Shown piece after piece: positions 29,850 through 41,990 of a stretch of DNA of 64,000 nt. Every line of letters begins with the position of its first letter. Positions within the stretch are counted from its first letter, which is position 1. Where the stretch lies: positions 7,626,001 through 7,690,000 of the forward strand of contig CATNEN010000029.1 in NCBI GenBank assembly GCA_950097015.1. Direction: 5' to 3'. This stretch comes from Macrostomum hystrix (taxonomy: Eukaryota > Animalia > Platyhelminthes). The notes beneath the pieces were generated by a model, which had not been told where the DNA came from, made no database searches, and was given only the letters and a program-made list of their open reading frames with translations. The position numbers and the translations under genes are program-made.

Positions 29850-30320
29850 ATAGATTTCTCCACATCCTTAAGAATGGGATTTCCCCAGATCCTTAAGAAT
29901 GGGATTTCCCCACATCCTTAAGAATGGGATTTCCCCACATCCTTAAGAATGGGATTTCCCCACATCCTTAAGAATGGGATTTCCCCAGATCCTTAAGAAT
30001 GGGATTTCCCCAGACCCTTAAGAATGGGATTTCCCCAGATCCTTAAGAATGGGATTTCCCCAGATCATTAAGAATGGGATTTCCCCAGATCCTTAAAAAT
30101 GGGATTTCCCCAGATCATTAAGAATGGGATTTCCCCAGATCCTTAAGAATGAGATTTCCCCAGATCCTTAAGAATGGGATTTCTCCAGATCCTTAAGAAT
30201 GAGATTTCCTCAGATCCTTGACAATGAGATTTCTCCACATCCTTGACAATGGGATTTCCCGAGATCCTTAAGAATAAGATTCCCCCACATCCTTAATTGT
30301 GGATGTGGGAAATCCTTAGA
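29850..30320. repeat. 25-bp tandem array ending in an inverted partial unit
   Basis: Unit ccacatccttaagaatgggatttcc. Confidence 0.92.
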
Positions 30321-30650
30321 ATCCCTAGATCTTTAAGAATGGGATTCTAAAAGTTATTGATGTGTCGGGCAACTTATGTCTTACGTAGGACAAATTAATA
30401 ACTTTATTTGAGCGTAAGCCGATGCAAGAGTTAAGGGCTGGAAAAAAGTTCGGGGCGAGCTCAGCGAGGATACTGAGAGTTGAGACCATAGAAAAGTAGA
30501 TGGAGCTGCATAGTGGAAAACGATAACATTTAAAAGTACATTTCCAATGCATGTCAGTTTTTAGCAATGGACTTTCCCCAGATTCATCAGATATTTATGC
30601 TTCAAATTGCAATTTTTTCAACTTGCTTCTCCAGCGCATTCCCAGTTGTC

Positions 30651-32673
30651 ATGGCAACCGCCGCAAACGTCTACTCCAACTACCCGATGCCGCCTGGCTG
30701 GCAGGCTAAGCTGGACACGTCGACCGGTCGGCACTTCTTTTTGGATCATAACACCAAGGCCACCACGTGGGTGGACCCCAGGCCGGCCTATTACAGTGCC
30801 CAGGCTCAGGCTTCTAGGCAGCCGCAGCAGCAGCAGCAGCAGCAAAAGCGTGATCCTCTTTAGCAGTAGCAGCAGCAGTAGCAGCAGCAGTCCAAGGGAT
30901 CAGCGATCGTTTCGCGCCTGCCGAAGCCGGCGAGTTGACGGTTAGGGCGCGCCGGCTGAAGGCAGACTTTCCCATGGTCGATCAGGTCCTCATCATCGAC
31001 CTGCTGAAGGAGCACGGAAGCGAAGACTCGGTCAGGCAGATGCTCAGGTTAGCATCTTTCCTCGTCGTTTAAGCACCCCAATGACTAGATGCGACTAATT
31101 CTAATTTCTAATTTCCACTTCTAATTTCGCATTTTTTAAAAGCACATCCTTTTATGTACTCTCTCATGTGTACATTCTCATGTGTATATGGTTGTACATT
31201 CATGTGTGCATATAGTTTTAGCCTAGTGCTTAGGGCGTCGGACAAACGATTTAAAGGTCGTGGGTTCGATTTTTGAGTCCACTGGGACACTTTGTGTCCT
31301 TTAGCAACACACTTAACCCTGCATTGCTTCAGTTCACCCAGCTGTTAAATGGGTACCAGCATCAGCCGGGGTAATTGAGGGTGGGTGGGCGTTCCCCAGT
31401 CCATGGACAGAAAAGCCGTACGCAGCCTTCACAAGCCCGCGCAAAAGCAGTGACTGTGCTGTCGGCTGCACATCTGACCCGACCCGCTTGCCCTTGCTTT
31501 AAAACTCCAACTCTAACTCTACTCCAACTCTAACTCTACTCCAACTCTAACTCTACTCCAACTCTAACTCTACTCCAACTCTAACTCTACTCCAACTCTA
31601 ACTCTACTCCAACTCTAACTCTACTCCAACTCTAACTCTACTCCAACTCTAGGGAGGTGGTGAACGACATCTCGCCCACGCGTGGCCGGCAGTCAAATCC
31701 GTCGGCAACCGCTGCTGCTGCTGCTGCCACTGCCGCCTCTCCGGCCCTCCCCTCGGCCGATGCCACCCACCGGGCCAACATAGACAATCTGTGCAACGAT
31801 TTTCCCACAATCGACCGCTCTACTATTGAACGCGAACTGACCGCGGCTGGCGACAAAATGTACGCCACCAGGATGCGTCTGCGACAGCTGGCCGATCAGC
31901 AGCGTGAGCGAGCCGCCGCCGCCGCTGCCACTGAGGCCGCCGCCGCCACAGCCGCCGCGGTTGCGGCTTCTCAGCCGTCAACTACTTCAACGGCGTCGCA
32001 TCCGAGGCCGACAGTCAAAGCCAAGCAGCAGCCGAAACCAACTGATTCGTCTCATTCTCAGTCGAACATCGACTCATTGGCGGCCGACTTTCCTAATTTG
32101 GATAGGCCCACTATTGCACGCGAATTGGCTTCCGCTGGCAATCAAATCTACGAGACACGAATGAAACTGCGCCATCTGTCTGACCAGCAGAGAGAGGCCG
32201 CCTCCGCCTCCGCCGCTGCCGCTGCCACCGCCGCCGGCGCCGCTTCGGCTCATCCGAAACCGAAACCGAAATCAACAGCCGCCAGCGCCTCGACCTCCTT
32301 GGCGCCAGCCACTTCGCTCGCCGCCCAGCTGCGCCCGTCGCCGCCGGAGTCTGGCAACATTCAACCGTCGTTGATCAACCATCGGCCAGGCGTTAATAAA
32401 AGGCCCGCTCAGACTGTAGCTAAGAAGCCAGTTCAGGCCGGTTCCAGCAGGTCTCAGTGGACTGGCCCAAGCTCCGGCTTGGCTAGCGGCCCCAACCCGG
32501 CACTGCTAGGCGGCCAGGGCAGCCGCGCCTCCTGCGGACCCTGTCCGGGCTTGGCTGCCGGCCCTGACCGCGCCCTGTGGTCCGGCGCGCAACAGCATAG
32601 CCTCCTGGCCTCGGGACCTCAGGCCCACTATGCTCAGGGACCAGCCTCCAGGACCATTGTTACTCAGATTTGA
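30651..32673 (+). CDS. WW-domain protein with three CUE/UBA-like repeats and a Gly-Pro-rich C-terminus, about 458 aa
   Basis: WW domain [33 protein letters not shown]. Repeats [19 protein letters not shown] and [10 protein letters not shown]. Model: 30651-30849, 30891-31047, 31653-32673. The first junction is uncertain (41-nt intron or a 1-nt deletion). Confidence 0.7.
31221..31500 (+). mobile_element. SINE family B, near full length
   Basis: A-box-like gcctagtgc, B box ggttcgatt, CORE-like domain, 3' hairpin tgtgc-tgtcggct-gcaca. Confidence 0.85.
31504..31652. repeat. 17-bp tandem array abutting a splice acceptor
   Basis: Unit actctactccaactcta; the last unit ends in ctag. Confidence 0.93.
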
Positions 32674-33149
32674 CTGTTTGGCTGGCCTTTGAAATATGGA
32701 ATATTTTTTTGCTTTTTTTATCGGATTTTTATCAGAAAATATCAGTGTTGAGTCCTGATTCATTTTGCTTGATTAAAACATGCCTTAATTTCCATTGGAG
32801 CTATTTTTCGGATACGACGTATTTAACTAATCAGTTTTTAACGACCGCCAGATTTTTTTAAAGCTAAGTCGTTTTTTCGTTTTAGCTTTTTTCATCGTCT
32901 GCTAAAATCGGATAAGGATTTCTTTGTTTTTTAATTGCGCCTTATACTACTTGTGTGATTCTAAGTTTATTTATTCCGCTTATCAAAACAATCTGATTGT
33001 TGAAATGTTATTATAACAATGCTAACGTGCCTAAAAATTATTTTAAAAAACGTTTTTGCTTTGTCGTTAAAGTAAAAATTACTTTATTCCTGGCTTTATT
33101 ATCATTCAAATTTAAATACGATAACCCAACAGACAGGTACATGTACAGA

Positions 33150-34365
33150 GGTGGAGTGAGAGTATCAAAGGTAGAGTGAGAGGATCAGAGGTAGGGTGAG
33201 AGGATCAGAGGTAGGGTGAGAGGATCAGAGGTAGGGTGAGAGGATCAGAGGTAGGGTGAGAGTATCAAAGGTAGAGTGAGAGGATCAGAGGCAGAGTGAG
33301 AGGATCAAAGGTAGAATGAGAGGATCAGAGGTAGGGTGAGAGGATCAGAGGTAGGGTGAGAGTATCAAAGGTAGAGTGAGAGGATCAGAGGCAGAGTGAG
33401 AGGATCAGAGGTGGGGTGAGAGGATCAGAGGTAGAGTGAGAGGATCAGAGGCAGAGTGAGAGGATCAGAGGCAGAGTGAGAGGATCAGAGGCAGAGTGAG
33501 AGGATCAGAGGTAGGGTGAGAGGATCAGAGGTAGAGTGAGAGGATCAGAGGCAGAGTGAGAGGATCAGAGGTAGAATGAGAGGATCAGAGGTAGGGTGAG
33601 AGGATCAGAGGTAGGGTGAGAGGATCAGAGGTAGAGTGAGAGTATCAAAGGTAGAGTGAGAGGATCAGAGGTAGGGTGAGAGGATCAAAGGTAGAATGAG
33701 AGGATCAGAGGTAGGGTGAGAGGATCAGAGGTAGGGTGAGAGGATCAAAGGTAGAATAAGAGGATCAGAGGTAGGGTGAGAGGATCAGAGGTAGGGTGAG
33801 AGGATCAGAGGCAGAGTGAGAGGATCAGAGGTAGGGTGAGAGGATCAGAGGTAGAGTGAGAGTATCAAAGGTAGAGTGAGAGGATCAGAGGTAGGGTGAG
33901 AGTATCAAAGGTAGAGTGAGAGGATCAGAGGCAGAGTGAGAGGATCAGAGGTAGGGTGAGAGGATCAAAGGTAGAGTGAGAGGATCAGAGGTAGGGTGAG
34001 AGGATCAAAGGTAGAATGAGAGGATCAGAGGTAGGGTGAGAGGATCAGAGGTAGGGTGAGAGGATCAAAGGTAGAATAAGAGGATCAGAGGTAGGGTGAG
34101 AGGATCAGAGGTAGAATGAGAGGATCAGAGGTAGGGTGAGAGGATCAGAGGTAGGGTGAGAGGATCAAAGGTAGAATGAGAGGATCAGAGGTAGGGTGAG
34201 AGGATCAGAGGTAGGGTGAGAGGATCAGAGGTAGAATGAGAGGATCAGAGGTAGGGTGAGAGGATCAGGGGTAGAGTGAGAGGATCAGAGGTAGGGTGAG
34301 AGTATCAAAGGTAGAGTGAGAGGATCAGAGGCATAGTGAGAGGATCAGAGGTAGGGTGAGAGAGT
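33150..34365. repeat. 20-bp purine-rich tandem array
   Basis: Unit gagaggatcagaggtagggt. Confidence 0.95.
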
Positions 34366-34856
34366 AGAAGGTAGAGTGGTGATCATAGGTAGAATGAGGA
34401 TTAAAGCTAGAGTAATAGGTAGAGTAAGCGGCTTCAGTTTAGGTGCTTCAGGCATCAAAGGCTGCCACAAGCACTGTAGGATATTGGTCTAATGGTCTAT
34501 ACAGACAACTAAATTATACTTGTACATTGGGTCGTAACGGCCTCCACGGAGTCTTCCTTCCGAAATTCAATCGGATGAAAATATTATAGAAGGCATGCGC
34601 CAGTACGATATGATTTTCACACCTATTTAATTTATTTGTTTATATTTAAGAAAAGTGCGAATGAAAGGCAGTTGTATATCTACTATAAAAGCAGCAGGGG
34701 AATCAGCAGCGTTGATTGCAATTTTACAATGCGAGTATTTACACAGCACATTTTACAACAATAAGGACTAAAAGCACTTTATTTAACAAAATCTATTTAG
34801 AAAATAACGGTTTTACGCAGAAAATAATCATTCATAAATCAGTGGAAACTAGTACA

Positions 34857-36085
34857 TTACGAGCAGTGTGGCCTGCTGTGCTCAGCCAGCACATGCAGCC
34901 GCAGCTCCTTGGCGTTGGCGCAGGCCCGGTCGCATTGTCGGCAGCGCGGCAGCAGCTGACGGTGGGCGCTGCGGATGTGCAGTCGCAGGTTGCACAGCCG
35001 GTTGAAGCCCTTGTCGCAGGCCGGGCAGGGGTGGCACTTGGCTTGCAGGTGGATGGCCTGGTGTCGCTTCAGGTTGGCAGCCTGGCGGAAGGCGCGGCCG
35101 CAGGTCGGGCAGGCGTGCGGTTTCTCGCCGCTGTGGATCAGCTGCATGGGTGGCGGGTTGGGGGTATGGGACGTCTGAAGTTCGAATCTCGGCCCGTGAG
35201 AAAGTTGCAAGCTGCAAACGGGTATCTTCAAAAAGAAGACATTGGAGGAAGAGGAGGAGAGAGGAAGTGGAGGAATAGGCGGAGAGGTGGAAGAAGGGTT
35301 GGAGAGGAAGTGGAAGAAGAGGTGAAGAGGAAGTGGAAGAAGAGGCGGAGAGGAAGTGGAAGAAGAGGCGGAGAGGAAGTGGAAGAAGAGGCGGAGAGGA
35401 AGTGGAAGAAGAGGCGGAGAGGAAGTGGAAGAAGTCGAAGAGGTGAGAGGAAGTTGCAGTCCATAATTAGCATTCATATTTTCGTTGTTCATATGTGTTA
35501 ATAATGTTATCAAAAGATCTGAAGTATATACTTCAGATAACTTTGAATAATTACCTTATGCGTTGCCAGGGTGTTGCTACGGGAGAACGCCATGCCGCAG
35601 ACGTTGCAAGCATACTTGCGCGCAGTTCGTTGACCGAGCCGCCGGCTGTCGTCGAAGCTGCTCTCCTCCCAGGAGGCTAGTCGACAGCCGCGCGATCCGG
35701 CCATGACCTGCGCCACCGATTGGGCCACCAGACGATCGCTGCTGCTGCCGCTGCTGCTGCACAGTGCGTGCTGCGGCTGCATCGGCCTGGGGGTGGTCGG
35801 CAATGCCAGAATAGCCTCGACAGAGAATTTTAGCTCTGAAGGCTTCGTGGTTGGTGTCAGCTTGACGTGGTGCTGCTGCTGCTGCTGCTGCTGCTGGCAA
35901 GGGATCTGATTCATTTGGAGTCCCATGCACAGATGTGGCTGCCAGATCTGTGGATACTGCTGCTGCTGCTGCTGCTGCTGCTGCGGTGTGGGCTGGGCTG
36001 TCAGCTGTGATGACCGCTGTAACAGCATGTTGGCATAAGCGTAAATCGGAATCTGTTGGTGGAGTTGTTGGTTTATTGTTCCCAT
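34857..36085 (-). CDS. C2H2 zinc-finger transcription factor (four fingers) with eh1-like motif, about 271 aa
   Basis: Exons 36085-35555 and 35141-34857 (phase 0) join THK-LIHSGEKPH. Four CxxC..H..H fingers, poly-Q tracts, FSVEAIL at 35807-35827. Confidence 0.85.
35245..35450. repeat. 23-bp purine-rich array in the zinc-finger gene intron
   Basis: Unit gagaggaagtggaagaagaggcg. Confidence 0.9.
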
Positions 36086-36849
36086 CACAGCTTGCTTCTG
36101 TGTGCTATGAACAAATTATAAAGAAGGCCTGGGTATCTAATTAACTTACCGGATAATGCATGCTGAACTTGACGAAAATAGCGCCTGGCGGACTGTGTGA
36201 ACTTAAAGCAGTCTTCTTTGAGGACTTGCTCACTTATTTCTTGCTGGCGCGACAAACCTGCAGATATTTTAGCCCGCCCAGCCATCCTCCGCTTTCACTT
36301 ATTTCATTCGCTTCCCCGCGGCGGGTCGACTCGACTGATTGCGCAACCGAGTCGCCCAATCCGGGGATCCCCGTAGCCCTCGGCCAACCCAGCCGGTCTC
36401 ACCCGCGCCCCGCCCCACCGCCGCCGGGGCTCACAGTGCTCACACAGTTCCAACGGAGGTGTGCGGCAACTTGAGTTGCTTGGTTGGCCGGTGACTTATT
36501 TGCTAATTATTAACTGCTCAATTTTTTTCACTTTCAACACCGGCCGGCCCTGTATGCGCCTGAAGTGGACCACTCCAGTCTCTAAGCCCTAATTAGAAGC
36601 GGTAGGTGTTGGCCGAAATATCGAGTTCAAGTGCCGCTCTCATTCGGATTGTGGCTATACTTAATAACTAGACCCAACACGTGTCTGACCTGGAAATTAC
36701 TGGCTGCCGTTTCTGTGTAGGAGAAAGAGGGGGCGAGTGTTGGGAGCGAGAGTGAACATGAAGTGGAGGAAGAGGGGTAGAGAAAGTGGATAAAAAGGGA
36801 GATACAGTAAGAGGTGGAGAAGATGGGAAGGACGAAGGGGAGAGGAAGT

Positions 36850-37510
36850 TAAATAAGAAGGAATAAAGGAAGTGGGAACTGGAGGAAGAATGGATAGAAA
36901 GAGGTGGAGAGGAAGTGGAAGAAGAGGCGGAGAGGAAGTGGGAGAAGTGGGGGCGAGGAACAAGACGGGGAGAGGAAGTGGAAGAAGAGGGGGAGAGGAA
37001 GTGGAAGAAGAGGGGGAGAGGAAGTGGAAGAAGAGGGGGAGAGGAAGTGGAAGAAGAGGGGGAGAGGAAGTGGAAGAAGAGGGGGAGAGGAAGTGGAAGA
37101 AGAGGCGGAGAGGAAGTGGGAGAAGTGGGGGCGAGGAACAAGACGGGGAGAGGAAGTGGAAGAAGAGGGGGAGAGGAAGTGGAAGAAGAGGGGGAGAGGA
37201 AGTGGAAGAAGAGGCGGAGAGGAAGTGGGAGAAGTGGGGGCGAGGAACAAGACGGGGAGAGGAAGTGGAAGAAGAGGCGGAGAGGAAGTGGAAGAAGAGG
37301 GGGAGAGGAAGTGGAAGAAGAGGCGGAGAGGAAGTGGGAGAAGTGGGGGCGAGGAACAAGACGGGGAGAGGAAGTGGAAGAAGAGGTGGAGAGGAAGTGG
37401 AAGAAGAGGGGGAGAGGAAGTGGAAGAAGAGGCGGAGAGGAAGTGGGAGAAGTGGGGGCGAGGAACAAGACGGGGAGAGGAAGTGGAAGAAGAGGTGGAG
37501 AAGAAGTGGC
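36850..37510. repeat. 23-bp purine-rich array, same family as 35245
   Basis: gagaggaagtggaagaagagggg plus an rarer gggggcgaggaacaagacgggg variant. Confidence 0.93.
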
Positions 37511-39114
37511 TGTCCATCGATGTTAATCATTTTCGTTGTTCAAAAATGTCAACAATGTTAACACAAAGTGCCTTATACTTATTTTCATTTCTCAACACCT
37601 TACGTGTAGGTGGCAGAGAGTTTTGAAAAGAAAGGAATTATGAAGTGTTGAACCATCTTCTTTACAGGTGCAAGACTGCAAACCAATAATCTTCTTTGTC
37701 GTGCGTTTTACCCTAAGGCGACAGACATCATCCTCAACTGCGGCTGCAGAGTAGTTCTTCCCGCTTTTTAGCAGAAAATGTTTCTCAGACATTGCGGTGC
37801 ATAATTCCTATAGCCATGTTTCTTAAAGCTTTCTGAGGAGTCAATTACGAGCAGTGAGCTCACACAGAAGAAGAGGAGTCTGTGCTCCCACTTGCGCAAT
37901 CCAAGCCAAGTCTTACACCGGACCGAAATCCGAAAATTTCATTGTTCACGAGAAACAAAGGGCAAAAGCCAGCCAGGCATTTAGAATCTCAAAATTTCTC
38001 TTTTGCTTGCAGCAATGTTACGAGCCAAGTTACGCAATTCCGTGTGTTCTGTGTGCCTGTTTCATAATCACAATTACAATAGACTCTGATGCATTTAATT
38101 GTTAACACTATTTATTGTGTCAGCACGTTTAGGTGATGAATTAAAGCTTCTTAAAAATATCCGATGCTTTTATTTAAAAGGCCTGTTCTGTGAATTGATT
38201 GGCCTAGTTCAACATTTTCTTTGAACTTTTCTTTTCAGTTAGAAAGAATACTAGATTTATTTTCTAGACTTTAGGCACACAATTGCACAGTGCTCAAACT
38301 GTCTGTTGAGGGGAATCTATGCGGAACTGTGTGAACAGTGGCTTAACTCGCCCAACAATCTCCTAACTCTACAAGGCCTTCTTAAGTCTGCTAGAGTAAA
38401 TCACTCCGCACAGTTTCAATTGGATACTCAATAGTCATTAGGAGGAGTTTTGTGTACGCGAGCAATTGTGCAACCGACCCCAAGGCAGCCACCGCCTTGA
38501 CAACCTTTATTTTCGAGTCAACAAACACTAGGAATCCATGGCGATTGCGCCATCAATTTGGGGCTAATTGGCCGCCGCTTTTGAATTAAACGGAGAGCAG
38601 TTGAATGAGGGACCGGTAGAACACAGTGCTCAGGGCTGAAATCTCCTGCGGTGAGCTGAGCTCACACACTCGCGCGCCTGGCAACGGGCCGGACAAACAA
38701 GGGGGAGGGGTTGAGCAGAAGATCCCCACCGAGCTGACTTCTCAGCACGGCGGGATCGGGGTTGCCACCTTTTGACTCCAACTAAACTCAATAGCCCCGG
38801 GCCATTTAGGATCTATGAGACAAACTACAATAGGTGAAATTTCACCTCCGAAGACTGTTAAAGTCATTCGCAGCCTGCAGATCCTGAGGCGGTCTGTGCT
38901 CAGCGAGCCTGTTGCCTGTTGCTATGCCGCAGCTGCTTATCAGACTGAATCAGCTGCTGGTGCTGTCGTTTTCTCAAGCCAACGAAGCCAAGCTCTGAGA
39001 GATGACAACAGCAGATAAAGCGGCTGTGCGGGGGTGTTCGTGATTAGATCTCTGCTGCGCGAGTCCAATGTTTCACAGCTGCTGGAAACTGTGAAAATTC
39101 GTGAACTTACTTCT

Positions 39115-39945
39115 CACAGAGTGAGAGAGTCAGGAGTGACACACAGAACAGAATGAGAGAGTCAGGAGTGACACACAGAACAGAGTGAGAGAGTCAGGAG
39201 TGACACACAGAACAGAGTGAGAGAGTCAGGAGGGACACAGAACAGAGTGAGAGAGTCAGGAGTGACACACAGAACAGAGTGAGAGAGTCAGGAGTGACAC
39301 ACAGAACAGAATGAGAGAGTCAGGAGTGACACACAGAACAGAATGGGAGAGTCAGGAGTGACACACAGAACAGAGTGAGAGAGTCAGGAGTGACACACAG
39401 AACAGAATGAGAGAGTCAGGAGTGACACACAGAACAGAGTGAGAGAGTCAGGAGTGATACACAGAACAGAGTGAGAGAGTCAGGAGTGACACACAGAACA
39501 GAGTGAGAGAGTCAGGAGTGACACCCAGAACAGAATGAGAGAGTCAGGAGTGACACACAGAACAGAGTGAGAGAGTCAGGAGTGACACACAGAACAGAAT
39601 GAGAGAGTCAGGAGTGACACACAGAACAGAATGAGAGAGTCAGGAGTGACACCCAGAACAGAATGAGAGAGTCAGGAGTGACACACAGAACAGAGTGAGA
39701 GAGTCAGGAGTGACACACAGAACAGAATGAGAGAGTCAGGAGTGACACACAGAACAGAGTGGGAGAGTCAGGAGTGACACACAGAACAGAGTGAGAGAGT
39801 CAGGAGTGACACACAGAACAGAGTGAGAGAGTCAGGAGTGACACACAGAACAGAGTGAGAGAGTCAGGAGTGACACACAGAACAGAGTGAGAGAGTCAGG
39901 AGTGACACACAGAACAGAGTGAGAGAGTCAGGAGTGACAGACAGA
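39115..39945. repeat. 32-bp tandem array
   Basis: Unit gagagagtcaggagtgacacacagaacagagt. Confidence 0.95.
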
Positions 39946-40391
39946 ATGAGAAACTTACCAAAATATCCAGGCCCTCAGAATGGACGGTATAGATCAAGGT
40001 TAGTCAGGTGCGCAATGCTATATTAAAATTTGCGGCAAAAACTAGCAAACAACACCAAAAAAACATTCTGTTGCACTTTTTGGTTGGGAAATGTCAGTCG
40101 GCGAAGTTGGCCATTTATTATTTGTTATTCTCTCGGGCCTATATTTTTACTTTACAGTGCATGGAGTGCATTTTGATGGCGCAATTTAACTTGCGCTGGT
40201 CTTTCACTAGCAGTCGTGCTACATCTGCCAAAAAATATTTTGAACTTTTTCAAATGCTTTTAACTTCCAGTTCAAACAAATTAAATTCAATTTTGTATTT
40301 TTTTATCTAAGCTTGTAAGATAATACCACGATTTGTTATTGTTATTATCTAGTACCTAAATAGTTAAAAAACTTTATAGTTAGGGATTATT

Positions 40392-41990
40392 AAACAAGCT
40401 CCCTATCTGGCAGGTGAGAGATCCTTGTTGATTAAACAAGCTTCCTATCTGACTATCTGGCAGGTGAGAGATCCTTGTTGATTAGACAAGCTCCCTATCT
40501 GACAGGTGAGAGATCCTTGTTGATTAGACAAGCTCCCTATCTGACTATCTGGCAGGTGAGAGATCCTTGTTGATTAGACAAGCTCCCTATCTGACTATCT
40601 GACAGGTGAGAGATCCTTGTTGATTAGACAAGCTCCCTATCTGACAGGTGAGAGATCCTTGTTGATTAGACAAGCTCCCTATCTGACTATCTGGCAGGTG
40701 AGAGATCCTTGTTGATTAGACAAGCTCCCTATCTGACAGGTGAGAGATCCTTGTTGATTAGACAAGCTCCCTATCTGACAGGTGAGAGATCCTTGTTGAT
40801 TAGACAAGCTCCCTATCTGGCAGGTGAGAGATCCTTGTTGATTAGACAAGCTCCCTATCTGACTATCTGGCAGGTGAGAGATCCTTGTTGATTAGACAAG
40901 CTCCCTATCTGACAGGTGAGAGATCCTTGTTGATTAGACAAGCTCCCTATCTGACAGGTGAGAGATCCTTGTTGATTAGACAAGCTCCCTATCTGACAGG
41001 TGAGAGATCCTTGTTGATTAGACAAGCTCCCTATCTGACTATCTGGCAGGTGAGAGATCCTTGTTGATTAGACAAGCTCCCTATCTGACAGGTGAGAGAT
41101 CCTTGTTGATTAGACAAGCTCCCTATCTGACTATCTGACAGGTGAGAGATCCTTGTTGATTAGACAAGCTCCCTATCTGACAGGTGAGAGATCCTTGTTG
41201 ATTAGACAAGCTCCCTATCTGACAGGTGAGAGATCCTTGTTGATTAGACAAGCTCCCTATCTGACAGGTGAGAGATCCTTGTTGATTAGACAAGCTCCCT
41301 ATCTGACAGGTGAGAGATCCTTGTTGATTAGACAAGCTCCCTATCTGACAGGTGAGAGATCCTTGTTGATTAGACAAGCTCCCTATCTGACAGGTGAGAG
41401 ATCCTTGTTGATTAGACAAGCTCCCTATCTGACAGGTGAGAGATCCTTGTTGATTAGACAAGCTCCCTATCTGACAGGTGAGAGATCCTTGTTGATTAGA
41501 CAAGCTCCCTATCTGACAGGTGAGAGATCCTTGTTGATTAGACAAGCTCCCTATCTGGCAGGTGAGAGATCCTTGTTGATTAGACAAGCTCCCTATCTGA
41601 CAGGTGAGAGATCCTTGTTGATTAGACAAGCTCCCTATCTGACAGGTGAGAGATCCTTGTTGATTAGACAAGCTCCCTATCTGGCAGGTGAGAGATCCTT
41701 GTTGATTAGACAAGCTCCCTATCTGGCAGGTGAGAGATCCTTGTTGATTAGACAAGCTCCCTATCTGACAGGTGAGAGATCCTTGTTGATTAGACAAGCT
41801 CCCTATCTGGCAGGTGAGAGATCCTTGTTGATTAGACAAGCTTCCTATCTTACTATCTGACAGGTGAGAGATCCTTGTTTACTAGACAAGCTTCCTATCT
41901 GACTATCTGGCAGGTGAGAGATCCTTGTTTACTAGACAAGCTTCCTATCTGACTATCTGGCAGGTGAGAGATCCCTGTTCAATAGACAAG
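40392..41990. repeat. 42-bp tandem array (with 51-bp variants)
   Basis: Unit ggtgagagatccttgttgattagacaagctccctatctgaca. Confidence 0.95.

Noticed and set aside
34716-35501. 261-aa plus-strand ORF
   Set aside because: Antisense shadow of the zinc-finger exon and the purine repeat.
36668-37626. Long ORFs over the purine array, and similar ORFs at 7035, 19414, 23816, 41123, 41153, 49663, 50968 and 56965
   Set aside because: They are translations of stop-free tandem repeats, with no splice or domain support.
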